Source: Candidatus Woesearchaeota archaeon (GTDB lineage Archaea > Nanobdellota > Nanobdellia > Pacearchaeales > GW2011-AR1). Taken from it: 40,850 bases of DNA. The notes under the pieces were generated by a model. The model saw nothing but the letters and a program-made list of their open reading frames with translations, had not been told where the DNA came from and searched no databases. How positions within the stretch are numbered: position 1 is the first letter of the stretch; the number at the start of each line of letters is the position of its first letter. The stretch spans positions 1-40,850 of the forward strand of contig CAZWNN010000002.1 in the NCBI GenBank assembly GCA_964635935.1, read 5' to 3'. Shown in pieces: positions 1-7,405 of the stretch. A program made the translations under genes and the position numbers.

Positions 1-1
1 T

Positions 2-295
2 TTTACTTCTGCTGTTGATGCTTGGAAGGGTGGTGATTCTGGGTTGTTAAGGGGAATGCTGATTTCTGGTGAGGAGGCTGTTAAGAAAATTATGCCTATT
101 GTTTTTGTTAAAGAGAGTGCTTTAAAACAGCTACTAACTGGAAAGCCTGTTTTTAAAAAAGATGTTGTTGGAGATGTTCCTAAGCTGAAGAATGAGGAGA
201 TTTTTGCTGTTTTTTGTGGGGATAGGCTTGTAGAGATTGCTAAAAAGACCCTTGAAAAGGAGATTTGGGGGAGACCACTTTTTGTAAAAAATTAA
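2..295 (+). CDS. PUA-like domain protein, C-terminal part (5' end outside window)
   Basis: Reading frame is open from nt 2 (FTSAVDAWKGGDSGLLRGM...) into listed ORF 44..295. The small C-terminal module resembles PUA domains of RNA-modifying enzymes (Cbf5/TruB or ArcTGT type). Assigned by eye only. Confidence 0.4.
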   Translation, partial: FTSAVDAWKGGDSGLLRGMLISGEEAVKKIMPIVFVKESALKQLLTGKPVFKKDVVGDVPKLKNEEIFAVFCGDRLVEIAKKTLEKEIWGRPLFVKN

Positions 296-352
296 TTGCT
301 ATAAGGAAAGCGAGTGAAGTGATGAGTGAGCGGCTTAGAAGTATAGTATAAA

Positions 353-1849
353 TCACCTTCTATATTTTTCTAAAATATCATAATATTTATTTTTTTGTGT
401 CATAGTTGTTGCAAATTTTAACAATTCTTTTGCCTCAGAATCTGGAAAATCATTCAAAATCTTAAAAGCTTTCTCGCAATATTTTATAGCTTTTGATTTT
501 CCATATTTTATTGCCCCACAATTTACCATAATTGTTCTTATTATATCTATTTGCTTTTTTGAGAAACTTCCTTTTCCTATCAAGGACTTTAATATCCTTT
601 TATCATTTTTGCTAGATTTTTTTAATGCAAAGAGTATAGGAAGAGTTCTTTTACCTAAGGCAAAATCACTGCATTTTGGTTTACCAAAATCACAAGTGTC
701 ATTAGCGATTGTATATGCTATTCCAATATTCTTTCCTATTTCTGCTATTTTTTTAGTATTTTCGGAATTAGCTCCTCCAAGAAGAGCACCTATTTTTAAA
801 ATATGTTCCCAATAATTATACGCATATGCTTTTTTCATATAATATTTTGCATCAGTTTTATTAATCATATCTAAATCTATATAGAATCCTTGATAGATAT
901 CTCCATCTAACCTGTTAAGTGTTTTTATGATTTCCTGAAATCTACTCTTTGTTGTCTGTTTAGCCATTTCACACATCATCGCATGAGCGATAGAAGATAG
1001 TAAATGACTTGCTATAAACATATCTTTTGATTTTACACCTTCGTCAAAAACATCATCAGCACAATAGTAACCTGTATCACATACTTCTACTGAAGCACAG
1101 GCAGGGATTATCTCTTCCCATTCTTTACCCCCTACAAGTTCATAAGCTAATCTAATCTGGGCAGGTCTTAACTTCGCTTTTCTAAAACGGAATCTCTTAA
1201 GAATTTTGCTTTTAAGTTCGCTAGAAAGTTGAATATATTTCCCAGTAAATTGTTTTACATAAAGATCTATTAAAGCTGACGTTTCTCTTAACTTATCAAA
1301 ATATCGCAAACGTTGTTGATAACTTATTTTTTTTAAGGATTTTTTTCCCTTTCTATATTTCCTAAGAGCAATTCTTAACCATGGAGTATATATTTTCTTA
1401 TTAATTTCTTGATTTAATTTATTTATAGAGATCCATTTATAATCCGAAACTTCTTTAGGGTTTGGGGTTATTTTACCCCTATAATTTCCAACCAATAAAA
1501 CACAGATTTCATTTTCAGAGCCGATATTTTTATATCTTGCCTTATACTTAAATTTAAATAAAGAACTTAGTTTACAACGAAATCCTAATTCTTCAGGCAA
1601 TCTTCTTTCTCCTGCCTGTTCATAGGTTTCGCCCTCATAGACATGAGTAGAGCAAGAAGATTCCCAACATTCTGGCCACAATTTTTTATTTTTTGATCTT
1701 CTTGTAATAAGCAGATTATGATAATCATCAAAAATAAAAATAGTAACTGCTCTATGCAAAATACCTTCATTTGTATGGCATTTTTTTCTTGTTTCCTTTA
1801 GGAGAATATTATCTTTCTTATCTACAACAAGCAGATTTTTTTTGTTCAT
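353..1849 (-). CDS. Fusion protein: type-1 isopentenyl-diphosphate isomerase (Nudix) N-domain plus trans-polyprenyl diphosphate synthase-like C-domain
   Basis: N-terminus has LHRAVTIFIFD..LLITRRS..K..WPECWESSCSTH..GE..AGERRLPEELG, typical of type-1 IDI. C-half has DDVFD (first Asp-rich motif) and NDTCD (second motif with D->N) in a polyprenyl-synthase-like context. Confidence 0.7.
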   Translation of the reverse strand: MNKKNLLVVDKKDNILLKETRKKCHTNEGILHRAVTIFIFDDYHNLLITRRSKNKKLWPECWESSCSTHVYEGETYEQAGERRLPEELGFRCKLSSLFKFKYKARYKNIGSENEICVLLVGNYRGKITPNPKEVSDYKWISINKLNQEINKKIYTPWLRIALRKYRKGKKSLKKISYQQRLRYFDKLRETSALIDLYVKQFTGKYIQLSSELKSKILKRFRFRKAKLRPAQIRLAYELVGGKEWEEIIPACASVEVCDTGYYCADDVFDEGVKSKDMFIASHLLSSIAHAMMCEMAKQTTKSRFQEIIKTLNRLDGDIYQGFYIDLDMINKTDAKYYMKKAYAYNYWEHILKIGALLGGANSENTKKIAEIGKNIGIAYTIANDTCDFGKPKCSDFALGKRTLPILFALKKSSKNDKRILKSLIGKGSFSKKQIDIIRTIMVNCGAIKYGKSKAIKYCEKAFKILNDFPDSEAKELLKFATTMTQKNKYYDILEKYRR

Positions 1850-1919
1850 AATTAAATAAGTCTTTTTTACTAATTAAATGTTTTGCTTTGCAACGCCTTT
1901 GAATTGAGATTGCTAAGAG

Positions 1920-2016
1920 GACAGATGAAAAGGAGATTTTTGCCAGGGCTATGTTTGTGAAAACTTGAGGGAACGGGTGAGGTGACGAACGAGCGGGTTG
2001 AGGGATGGAAATTATT
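1920..2016 (+). repeat. Intergenic repeat, family U copy 1
   Basis: gACAgATGAAAAGGaGATTTTTGccAGGGC...GTTTGTgAAAACTtGA...CGAACGAGCGG..GGATGGAAAT aligns by eye with 3796..3906. Confidence 0.6.
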
Positions 2017-2068
2017 TAGGGAGAAAAATTCAGAAAAATTTATATAGCTATCCCTTCTATGGAAGGGT

Positions 2069-2731
2069 ATGTGGTATCTTAAATTTAAGGTAAAACATAG
2101 TGATTGCATTTATGCACCGGAATTAGAGAAATTACAACTCTCTGTTCATTTTTATCATATTGGAAATTATATAAAAGGTAATTTTATTTATACTTCGTCT
2201 ATTCAAGAATTAATTGGCAATGTAAATAAAATTAAGAGATATATAAAATATTTGAAAAATCATAAAAAAATTGTAAGAATAGAAGTTTATGGCGAGGTAA
2301 TATTTGTTTTAGCAAAACATAGAAAAGATCTTATAATATACAAATCAATATATCACTCAATACTCCTGTATCCTTCCCCGGCATATTTAGGCAAGGATGG
2401 GTATGAAGTTATTGAAGTTGCATGCTGGGATAAAAAACCTCTTATGAATTTAATCGAAGGATATGAAAAAAATAAAACTACTGAATATTTTAAAATTCTT
2501 TCATTTATTGAAAGAAAATTAGATAATATTTATGTATCAAGATTACTTCCAAGTTTACCAAAAAAGCAAAAAGAAGCTATTACCTTAGCTTATCAATCAG
2601 GTTATTATTTATTTCCTAGAAAAATAAGTTTAGATAAACTCGCAAAAATCGCAAAAGTTTCAAAACCAACTTTTAGAGAAAACTTAAGAAAAGCAGAAGC
2701 TAAATTAATTCCTAAGCTAATTTCTGAATAA
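2069..2731 (+). CDS. HTH_10 (bacterio-opsin activator-type) transcriptional regulator
   Basis: C-terminal LPKKQKEAITLAYQSGYYLFPRKISLDKLAKIAKVSKPTFRENLRKAEAKL matches the HTH_10/Bat-type DNA-binding module. Confidence 0.6.
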   Translation: MWYLKFKVKHSDCIYAPELEKLQLSVHFYHIGNYIKGNFIYTSSIQELIGNVNKIKRYIKYLKNHKKIVRIEVYGEVIFVLAKHRKDLIIYKSIYHSILLYPSPAYLGKDGYEVIEVACWDKKPLMNLIEGYEKNKTTEYFKILSFIERKLDNIYVSRLLPSLPKKQKEAITLAYQSGYYLFPRKISLDKLAKIAKVSKPTFRENLRKAEAKLIPKLISE

Positions 2732-2791
2732 ATATTAAAAACCTTCTATAAAAGGGTAAAATTTTATGAATATTTTCAAGTAGTTTGCTCT

Positions 2792-3781
2792 ATGGTTGGA
2801 GAAGACTACTTTGAAGTAATGAAAGAAACCTCCAGAGAAGCAGACAACCTAATCGAACCTTGTTTAGGAACGGTAGTTGAAGTAGCGAGAGCTTTGCCAA
2901 AATCAAGATTAGGAAAACCAAGACTTAGGGGTATGCTTGTAAAATTAGGATATGAAATTGCCGGCGGGAACGATTGGAGGAAAGTTGCTCCTTTGTGCGC
3001 AAGTTATGAACTACTTAATTGTTCAAGCTATGTTATAAATTGGATATTTGATGAAAAAGGAGGAGATAAGGAAAAAAGAGACAAGGATAATTTAATTATT
3101 GGAGGATTTCAATTAAGAGAGACTGCTGAAAAAATATTAAGGGAAAGGGGATTGGAGGACGTTGTAGAAAGTTTATCAAGAATAAACCGGGCGATTTATA
3201 GGGGGCAAGATTTAGATTTAAATGTTTTAACATTAGACAATCTATCCCAATTTAGTTCTTATGGGGATTTCATGGCGTACTATCAGAGGAGATGCCATTG
3301 GTTATCTGGAGAATTTTATGGACAATGTTTATTAAATGGGTCAAGAATTTCAGGGAATGAAAACCAAAATTTATATGATGTCGGCGAAATATTAGGTTCT
3401 GGGTTGCAAGTATCTAATGATTTAGGGGATTTTGCACTTGCTGAGAGGTCTGTAGAAGTTTGTGAAAAACCATACAAAGACCAATTGTCAGATTTAAGAC
3501 AAGGAAAACTAACACTACCTGTATATCTTCTGGCAACAAGAACGGGAATCTGTGAATCTGGTTTAAAAGGGCTACCGCCTGATGAAGCGATTAAATTACT
3601 ACATTCTACAGGAACTTTTCAAACTTGCCTTGATTATTTAAAACATCAGAGGAAGAGGGCAAAAAAGGCACTTTATGAAGTTTTTGAAAAAAGTGATGTG
3701 AGAGATTTATTAGCAACTACGCTAGTTATTATTCATTCTAATAAATTTATTACAAATATAAAGAATGCAAGAAGAAAATAA
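2792..3781 (+). CDS. Polyprenyl synthase-like protein with degenerate first Asp-rich motif
   Basis: LRGMLVKLGYEIAGG..W..VAPLCASYELLN parallels the C-domain of 353..1849. The first motif position reads NWIFDEKG (not DDxxD) and the second reads SNDLGDF. Confidence 0.55.
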   Translation: MVGEDYFEVMKETSREADNLIEPCLGTVVEVARALPKSRLGKPRLRGMLVKLGYEIAGGNDWRKVAPLCASYELLNCSSYVINWIFDEKGGDKEKRDKDNLIIGGFQLRETAEKILRERGLEDVVESLSRINRAIYRGQDLDLNVLTLDNLSQFSSYGDFMAYYQRRCHWLSGEFYGQCLLNGSRISGNENQNLYDVGEILGSGLQVSNDLGDFALAERSVEVCEKPYKDQLSDLRQGKLTLPVYLLATRTGICESGLKGLPPDEAIKLLHSTGTFQTCLDYLKHQRKRAKKALYEVFEKSDVRDLLATTLVIIHSNKFITNIKNARRK

Positions 3782-3795
3782 AAACATTTTAGGTG

Positions 3796-3906
3796 GGACA
3801 TGAAAAGGGGATTTTTGGTAGGGCGCGGTTTGTTAAAAACTGACTATAAACTACTGAGGAAGCGAACGAAGAGATGAGTGAGCGACTGGAGGAATGGAGA
3901 TGATTT
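3796..3906 (+). repeat. Intergenic repeat, family U copy 2
   Basis: Aligns with 1920..2016. Its sub-block AGGAAGCGAACGAAGAGATGAGTGAGCGACT (3857..3886) also resembles 304..336. Confidence 0.6.
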
Positions 3907-4252
3907 CAAATTTTTAATTGGTTATATGATGAGCGCGACCGAAGGTCGCGCCATCGGAGATGATATGGACGAACCTTTAGTTCGCTTATCTCTTGCGTGC
4001 CTAGCGGCACGCCGGGCCGTGCTTCGCACGGTTTAGTATCAATGCGTGGCGGTGGCGGGGGGTTTTCAATCGAAGTTTTTGATAAAACTTTTTTCAAAAA
4101 GTTTTGTTGGGGGGAGAAAAAATCTCACTGGTGGGTTGGGGGTGGTGGTGTGAGATTTTTTCTGGGGGTTTTGGGGGGGCGAGCGTTTAGGTCTCGACTA
4201 TTTTTTATATGATACGAGACCTGGGTGCGAGTTGCGGTTTGTGAAGACTTAA
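3887..4252. repeat. Hairpin-mosaic intergenic repeat, family H copy 1
   Basis: String of short GC-rich hairpins (GCGCGACC-GAAG-GTCGCGC, GTGCC-TAGC-GGCAC, CCGTG-CTTCG-CACGG, AAAACTTTTT/AAAAAGTTTT, GAGAAAAAATCTCAC/GTGAGATTTTTTCT, GGTCTCG/CGAGACC). Blocks are shared with 11016..11215 and 24410..24688. Confidence 0.7.
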
Positions 4253-4585
4253 TTATCTTGTAAAAATCTCACATAATTTTTCTTCAACTTGTTTTATTTT
4301 TTCTTGATTTAGTTTTCCTGCTTTGTAGCTAATTCTTGATTTATGAATTGTGAACAAGATAGAGGGTCTAATAAAACTATCACGATTTATTCCTCCAGAT
4401 TGAAAATCTTTAGATTTTAGTTCTAATAAATCTTGATCAGGTCGAGGTTGTCCGGTAATTTGGGCAAGAATAACATGTCTTCCTTTTGAATTTGCTACAA
4501 CTAAACTTGGTCTTTTTTTAGAAAGATATTTATCTGAAAATGGGAATTGGAAGATTACAACTTCACCTTTTACAAATCCTTCCAT
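4253..4585 (-). CDS. mazF: MazF/PemK-family type II toxin (endoribonuclease)
   Basis: GEVVIFQFPFSD....KKRPSLVV...ILAQITG pattern typical of PemK/MazF. 16-nt overlap with the upstream antitoxin ORF. Confidence 0.75.
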   Translation of the reverse strand: MEGFVKGEVVIFQFPFSDKYLSKKRPSLVVANSKGRHVILAQITGQPRPDQDLLELKSKDFQSGGINRDSFIRPSILFTIHKSRISYKAGKLNQEKIKQVEEKLCEIFTR

Positions 4586-4827
4586 GCTTCATCCTCTTCT
4601 GGAGTGTTCCATGCTTCTGCCAATACATCTTCACTCGCAAGCATGCACATCATAGCCTCACTCATTTCTTTTTCCATTGGTCTCAATTCAACCCTGTCTG
4701 GATAAACTAATATATTCACCTTTTTTCCCTCTTTAAAACCTGCTAGATTTCTCGCTGTACTTGGAATACAAATCTGTCCTTTGCTTGTGATTTTTGCAGT
4801 TCTTATTTCTTTGAGTTCTTCTGACAT
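4570..4827 (-). CDS. mazE: AbrB/MazE/SpoVT-family antitoxin
   Basis: ITSKGQICIPSTARNLAGFKEGKKVNILVYPDRVELRP swapped-hairpin motif. Sits upstream of and overlaps the MazF-like gene. Confidence 0.7.
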   Translation of the reverse strand: MSEELKEIRTAKITSKGQICIPSTARNLAGFKEGKKVNILVYPDRVELRPMEKEMSEAMMCMLASEDVLAEAWNTPEEDEAWKDL

Positions 4828-4892
4828 TTTCTTATATGTAAGAAAAGTAAGATATTTAAGGTTTTTGTTTTTTGGTGGTGGGTTGTGAAGAC

Positions 4893-5858
4893 TTAAACAG
4901 GAAGGAAAACATATTTGTGTTCTTTGTAAAAAAGCATGTAGTTGTAATTTTTAATAAGGTCTTGAAATTTGTTTTTTATTTCTGTGAATAAATGTCTTAG
5001 CTCTGTTAATGATTTAAGTTGGACATCTATTTCGATATCTCCTCCTCCGAGAACTTCGTTGTCATAAATTATATTTGAGTGTTGCCTGATGAATTCTCTT
5101 AGTTGTTTTATTTTTGTGGGGCTTGTGTTGTGAAGATTTAGAAAGATTTTAAAAAATTGGTAACCTAGTTTTTCTAAATCAAACATTGTTCTGTAACCAA
5201 TTATAATTCCCTTTTCTTCTAATTGTCTGATTCTTGATGTGATTGTTTTAGGATTTAGTTTTGTTTTTTCTGCTAATTCTAAAACTGAAGCTCTTGCATT
5301 TGGAGCGAGGATTTTTAAAATCCGCATGTCTTTTTCATCAATCTTGATTTCTTCAGGTTCTGTGATACAAATATACTCTCTTGTATTTATTTTTTTATCT
5401 AGTAAAAAAGGCCTTGTGTAATAGGCGACTTTTGTGAAAATTGTGAGCCATCTTTTTTCAATATAATTTAGATATTTAGCTAAAACTTCTTTCCATAGCT
5501 GATTCATCTCTTTTATTGATTTTACTAATATTGCCATTCCAATATTATAATCGCCTTGTGCTGATGCAATCCAAATAATATTTTTTTGTTTTTTGAAAAA
5601 GTCAATTATTTCTTGTTCTTTTTGCTGTGTTGTGTTTTGAAATTTTAAATAGAGGCGGAAAGAAATAAATCCTAGTTTTCCTACATCAAGAACTGTTTGA
5701 AAGTATTTTATTATTTCTTCTTTTTTTAATCTGTTGATTCTATAGATAACAGCGTCTTTGCTAAGGCCAACTTTTTTTGCAAGTTGTTTGAAAGACTGCC
5801 TGCTATCAATATCAAGTTCGTAAAGTATCTTTCGGTCTTTGAGGTCTAATTTTACCAT
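4893..5858 (-). CDS. Tandem-duplicated Lrp/AsnC-family transcriptional regulator
   Basis: Two HTH_AsnC modules (LDLKDRKILYELDIDSRQSFKQLAKKVGLSKDAVIYRINRLKKEEII and IDEKDMRILKILAPNARASVLELAEKTKLNPKTITSRIRQLEEKGII), each followed by a RAM-like domain. Confidence 0.8.
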   Translation of the reverse strand: MVKLDLKDRKILYELDIDSRQSFKQLAKKVGLSKDAVIYRINRLKKEEIIKYFQTVLDVGKLGFISFRLYLKFQNTTQQKEQEIIDFFKKQKNIIWIASAQGDYNIGMAILVKSIKEMNQLWKEVLAKYLNYIEKRWLTIFTKVAYYTRPFLLDKKINTREYICITEPEEIKIDEKDMRILKILAPNARASVLELAEKTKLNPKTITSRIRQLEEKGIIIGYRTMFDLEKLGYQFFKIFLNLHNTSPTKIKQLREFIRQHSNIIYDNEVLGGGDIEIDVQLKSLTELRHLFTEIKNKFQDLIKNYNYMLFYKEHKYVFLPV

Positions 5859-5951
5859 TTAAGATATTTAGGTAATTTAGTTTATAAGTTTTACTGTTAT
5901 GGCTTAGTTTTTGATGCAATGTTTCTTATATTGGGTGGTTGTTATTGGGGG

Positions 5952-6362
5952 ATGGTAAAGAAAGCTACAAAACAAAGATTAGATGTACTAGTTGAATCTG
6001 TAACAGAAAGAAAGAAAACAAAACCGGGAATTTTTTCAAGTTACGAAGCTCCTTATTTTGCGGTTTTAGCGAGATTAAAATCAAGTAAGAAGATTCCTCA
6101 TCTAGTTAAGGAGGGAAAAAGAAAAGAGATTGGTTATAAGCGTGAACGGGTTTTAGAGTACACTCCGCCATATAGATACCCAATGCGTCGAGTGTTTCAT
6201 GTTGAAGGAAGTCTCTATCAAATTATGTTAGAGCCACAAGACAACTTTCGAGATATTATGTGGGATGTTGCTGGGACAATTGGGCTATTGAGAGGATCTA
6301 AATTTAATCTTGAAATAAAATATAAGAATGATGAAGTTAAACGAAAAGTTCTGTTGATTTAA
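5952..6362 (+). CDS. Hypothetical protein (orphan cluster gene 1)
   Basis: Listed ORF 5919..6362. The internal ATG at 5952 (MVKKATKQ) is the more plausible start. No recognisable motif. Confidence 0.4.
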   Translation: MVKKATKQRLDVLVESVTERKKTKPGIFSSYEAPYFAVLARLKSSKKIPHLVKEGKRKEIGYKRERVLEYTPPYRYPMRRVFHVEGSLYQIMLEPQDNFRDIMWDVAGTIGLLRGSKFNLEIKYKNDEVKRKVLLI

Positions 6363-6363
6363 A

Positions 6364-6516
6364 ATGGAAAAACAAACAAAACAATTCACAATAACAAAGA
6401 AAATTGCAAAACACGGCAATCAGTCGATTATAGTTGTGCCTCGATTGCTTGAATGTGAATTGAAGCCTGGAACCATTGTTGAGTTGAAAATAAATGTTTT
6501 GGAGAGAGGAAAATAG
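6364..6516 (+). CDS. Small AbrB/SpoVT-like protein (50 aa, below ORF-track cutoff)
   Basis: Hand translation gives MEKQTKQFTITKKIAKHGNQSIIVVPRLLECELKPGTIVELKINVLERGK. It fills exactly the gap between the two neighbouring ORFs. Confidence 0.35.
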   Translation: MEKQTKQFTITKKIAKHGNQSIIVVPRLLECELKPGTIVELKINVLERGK

Positions 6517-6519
6517 AAT

Positions 6520-7011
6520 ATGGAACCTGAAGAACGTTTAATACATTTTCTTCGTAGTCTGCCTGAGCGTATTGGATTACGAACAGGATTATTTAGTGGA
6601 AAACCTGCACTTTTGCTTAAGAGAGATGATTTAGAGCCGGTTGATCCTGAATATCCCTGCAGCAGTGAAAGATATGAAAGAGGACACCTTCTTATCTTGG
6701 ACAGACAAAGGGGGGAAGGTTTGATTAATTGTCAGATTCTTGATGGCTCTTACGCTATTATCTCCCCCGATGGAACAATTGAAAAGAGATTGCCCCCCTC
6801 CACAAACGGTTGTGGAGTTTATTATAAAAGATACTGGGATATTTTAGCAGTTGGATTACCTCAAATTAGTACAGAAGTTGGTAGAATTAAGCGTGAAAAG
6901 AGTCTTCATCAAGCTGATATGAGGGACCGAGTGGCTGAGTGGTATGGAAGGTGGCTGATGAATAAAGAGCTTAGTGAGTATTATCGCAAAAGAGGGGTTC
7001 CTTTTGGTTGA
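6520..7011 (+). CDS. Hypothetical protein (orphan cluster gene 3)
   Basis: 163-aa ORF with a 4-nt overlap with the next ORF. No recognised motif. Confidence 0.5.
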   Translation: MEPEERLIHFLRSLPERIGLRTGLFSGKPALLLKRDDLEPVDPEYPCSSERYERGHLLILDRQRGEGLINCQILDGSYAIISPDGTIEKRLPPSTNGCGVYYKRYWDILAVGLPQISTEVGRIKREKSLHQADMRDRVAEWYGRWLMNKELSEYYRKRGVPFG

Positions 7012-7352
7012 CGAAGATGGAACTTAAAGACAAACTGGTTGAAGAAACTGAAAGATGTGCAGAAGAACTTAGAGCTTCAGAAAGAGCTGCTATGCGGAGA
7101 GTTTCAAAATTTGTAGATATCTACACAAAGATTTTTATCGGAGCAATATATGCCTTGATTGCATTACAAATCCCTCAAGCTTATGAAGATTGGAAAAGGG
7201 TTCCTGAAAATTTGAAAACAATTTTTTCTCAACAACCTGTTGAAAGCCCTTATTCTTCTAGGCAAGAAGATCCTGAGCAATGGGAAGACCATATTATAAA
7301 ATACCACATCAACCAACAGAGAGCTCGTGAACAAGGGCTTTATAGGAACTAA
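7008..7352 (+). CDS. Hypothetical protein with one predicted TM segment (orphan cluster gene 4)
   Basis: Hydrophobic stretch IFIGAIYALIALQI. ATGA overlap with the upstream ORF. Confidence 0.5.
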   Translation: MTKMELKDKLVEETERCAEELRASERAAMRRVSKFVDIYTKIFIGAIYALIALQIPQAYEDWKRVPENLKTIFSQQPVESPYSSRQEDPEQWEDHIIKYHINQQRAREQGLYRN

Positions 7353-7405
7353 CATATATACCCCACACCATAAATTTATAAAAACCCCGTGTGACTTCTT
7401 ATAAC

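Noticed and set aside
609-815. Antisense or alternative-frame ORFs inside larger genes. These are 609..815, 1585..1770, 5239..5421, 7164..7355, 8392..8892, 11874..12245, 14178..14378, 14864..15046, 15546..16066, 16510..16728, 18322..18621, 20201..20860, 21722..23338, 24169..24414, 27342..29260, 30859..31149, 31213..31533, 31669..32745, 33594..34715, 35462..35836, 37879..38172, 39727..40738.
   Set aside because: All are embedded in, or largely overlap, motif-supported or longer ORFs. They have low-complexity, Leu/Ser/Phe-rich shadow-frame composition.
1870-2109. ORF 1870..2109(-) as a gene
   Set aside because: It spans the divergent promoter region and the family U repeat and overlaps the start of 2069..2731. 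Its composition is not protein-like.
2792-3781. Class I terpene cyclase NSE/DTE motif in NDLGDFALAE
   Set aside because: Spacing does not fit (N/D)Dxx(S/T)xxxE; the Glu is one residue out of register. The overall similarity is to polyprenyl synthases.
3906-4212. ORFs 3906..4097(-) and 3997..4212(+) as genes
   Set aside because: They lie entirely in the H1 hairpin mosaic. Their Gly/Pro runs come from G/C tracts, and they overlap each other on opposite strands.
3887-4252. CRISPR array among the intergenic repeats (also 11016..11215 and 24410..24688)
   Set aside because: Repeats are heterogeneous hairpin modules without regular repeat-spacer periodicity. No cas genes are in the window.
7391-7405. 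GTG start for mcm at 7391
   Set aside because: An ATG 5 codons downstream (7406) gives a conventional start at an appropriate distance from the CCCCACACCATAAATTTATAAAAACC promoter-like box.
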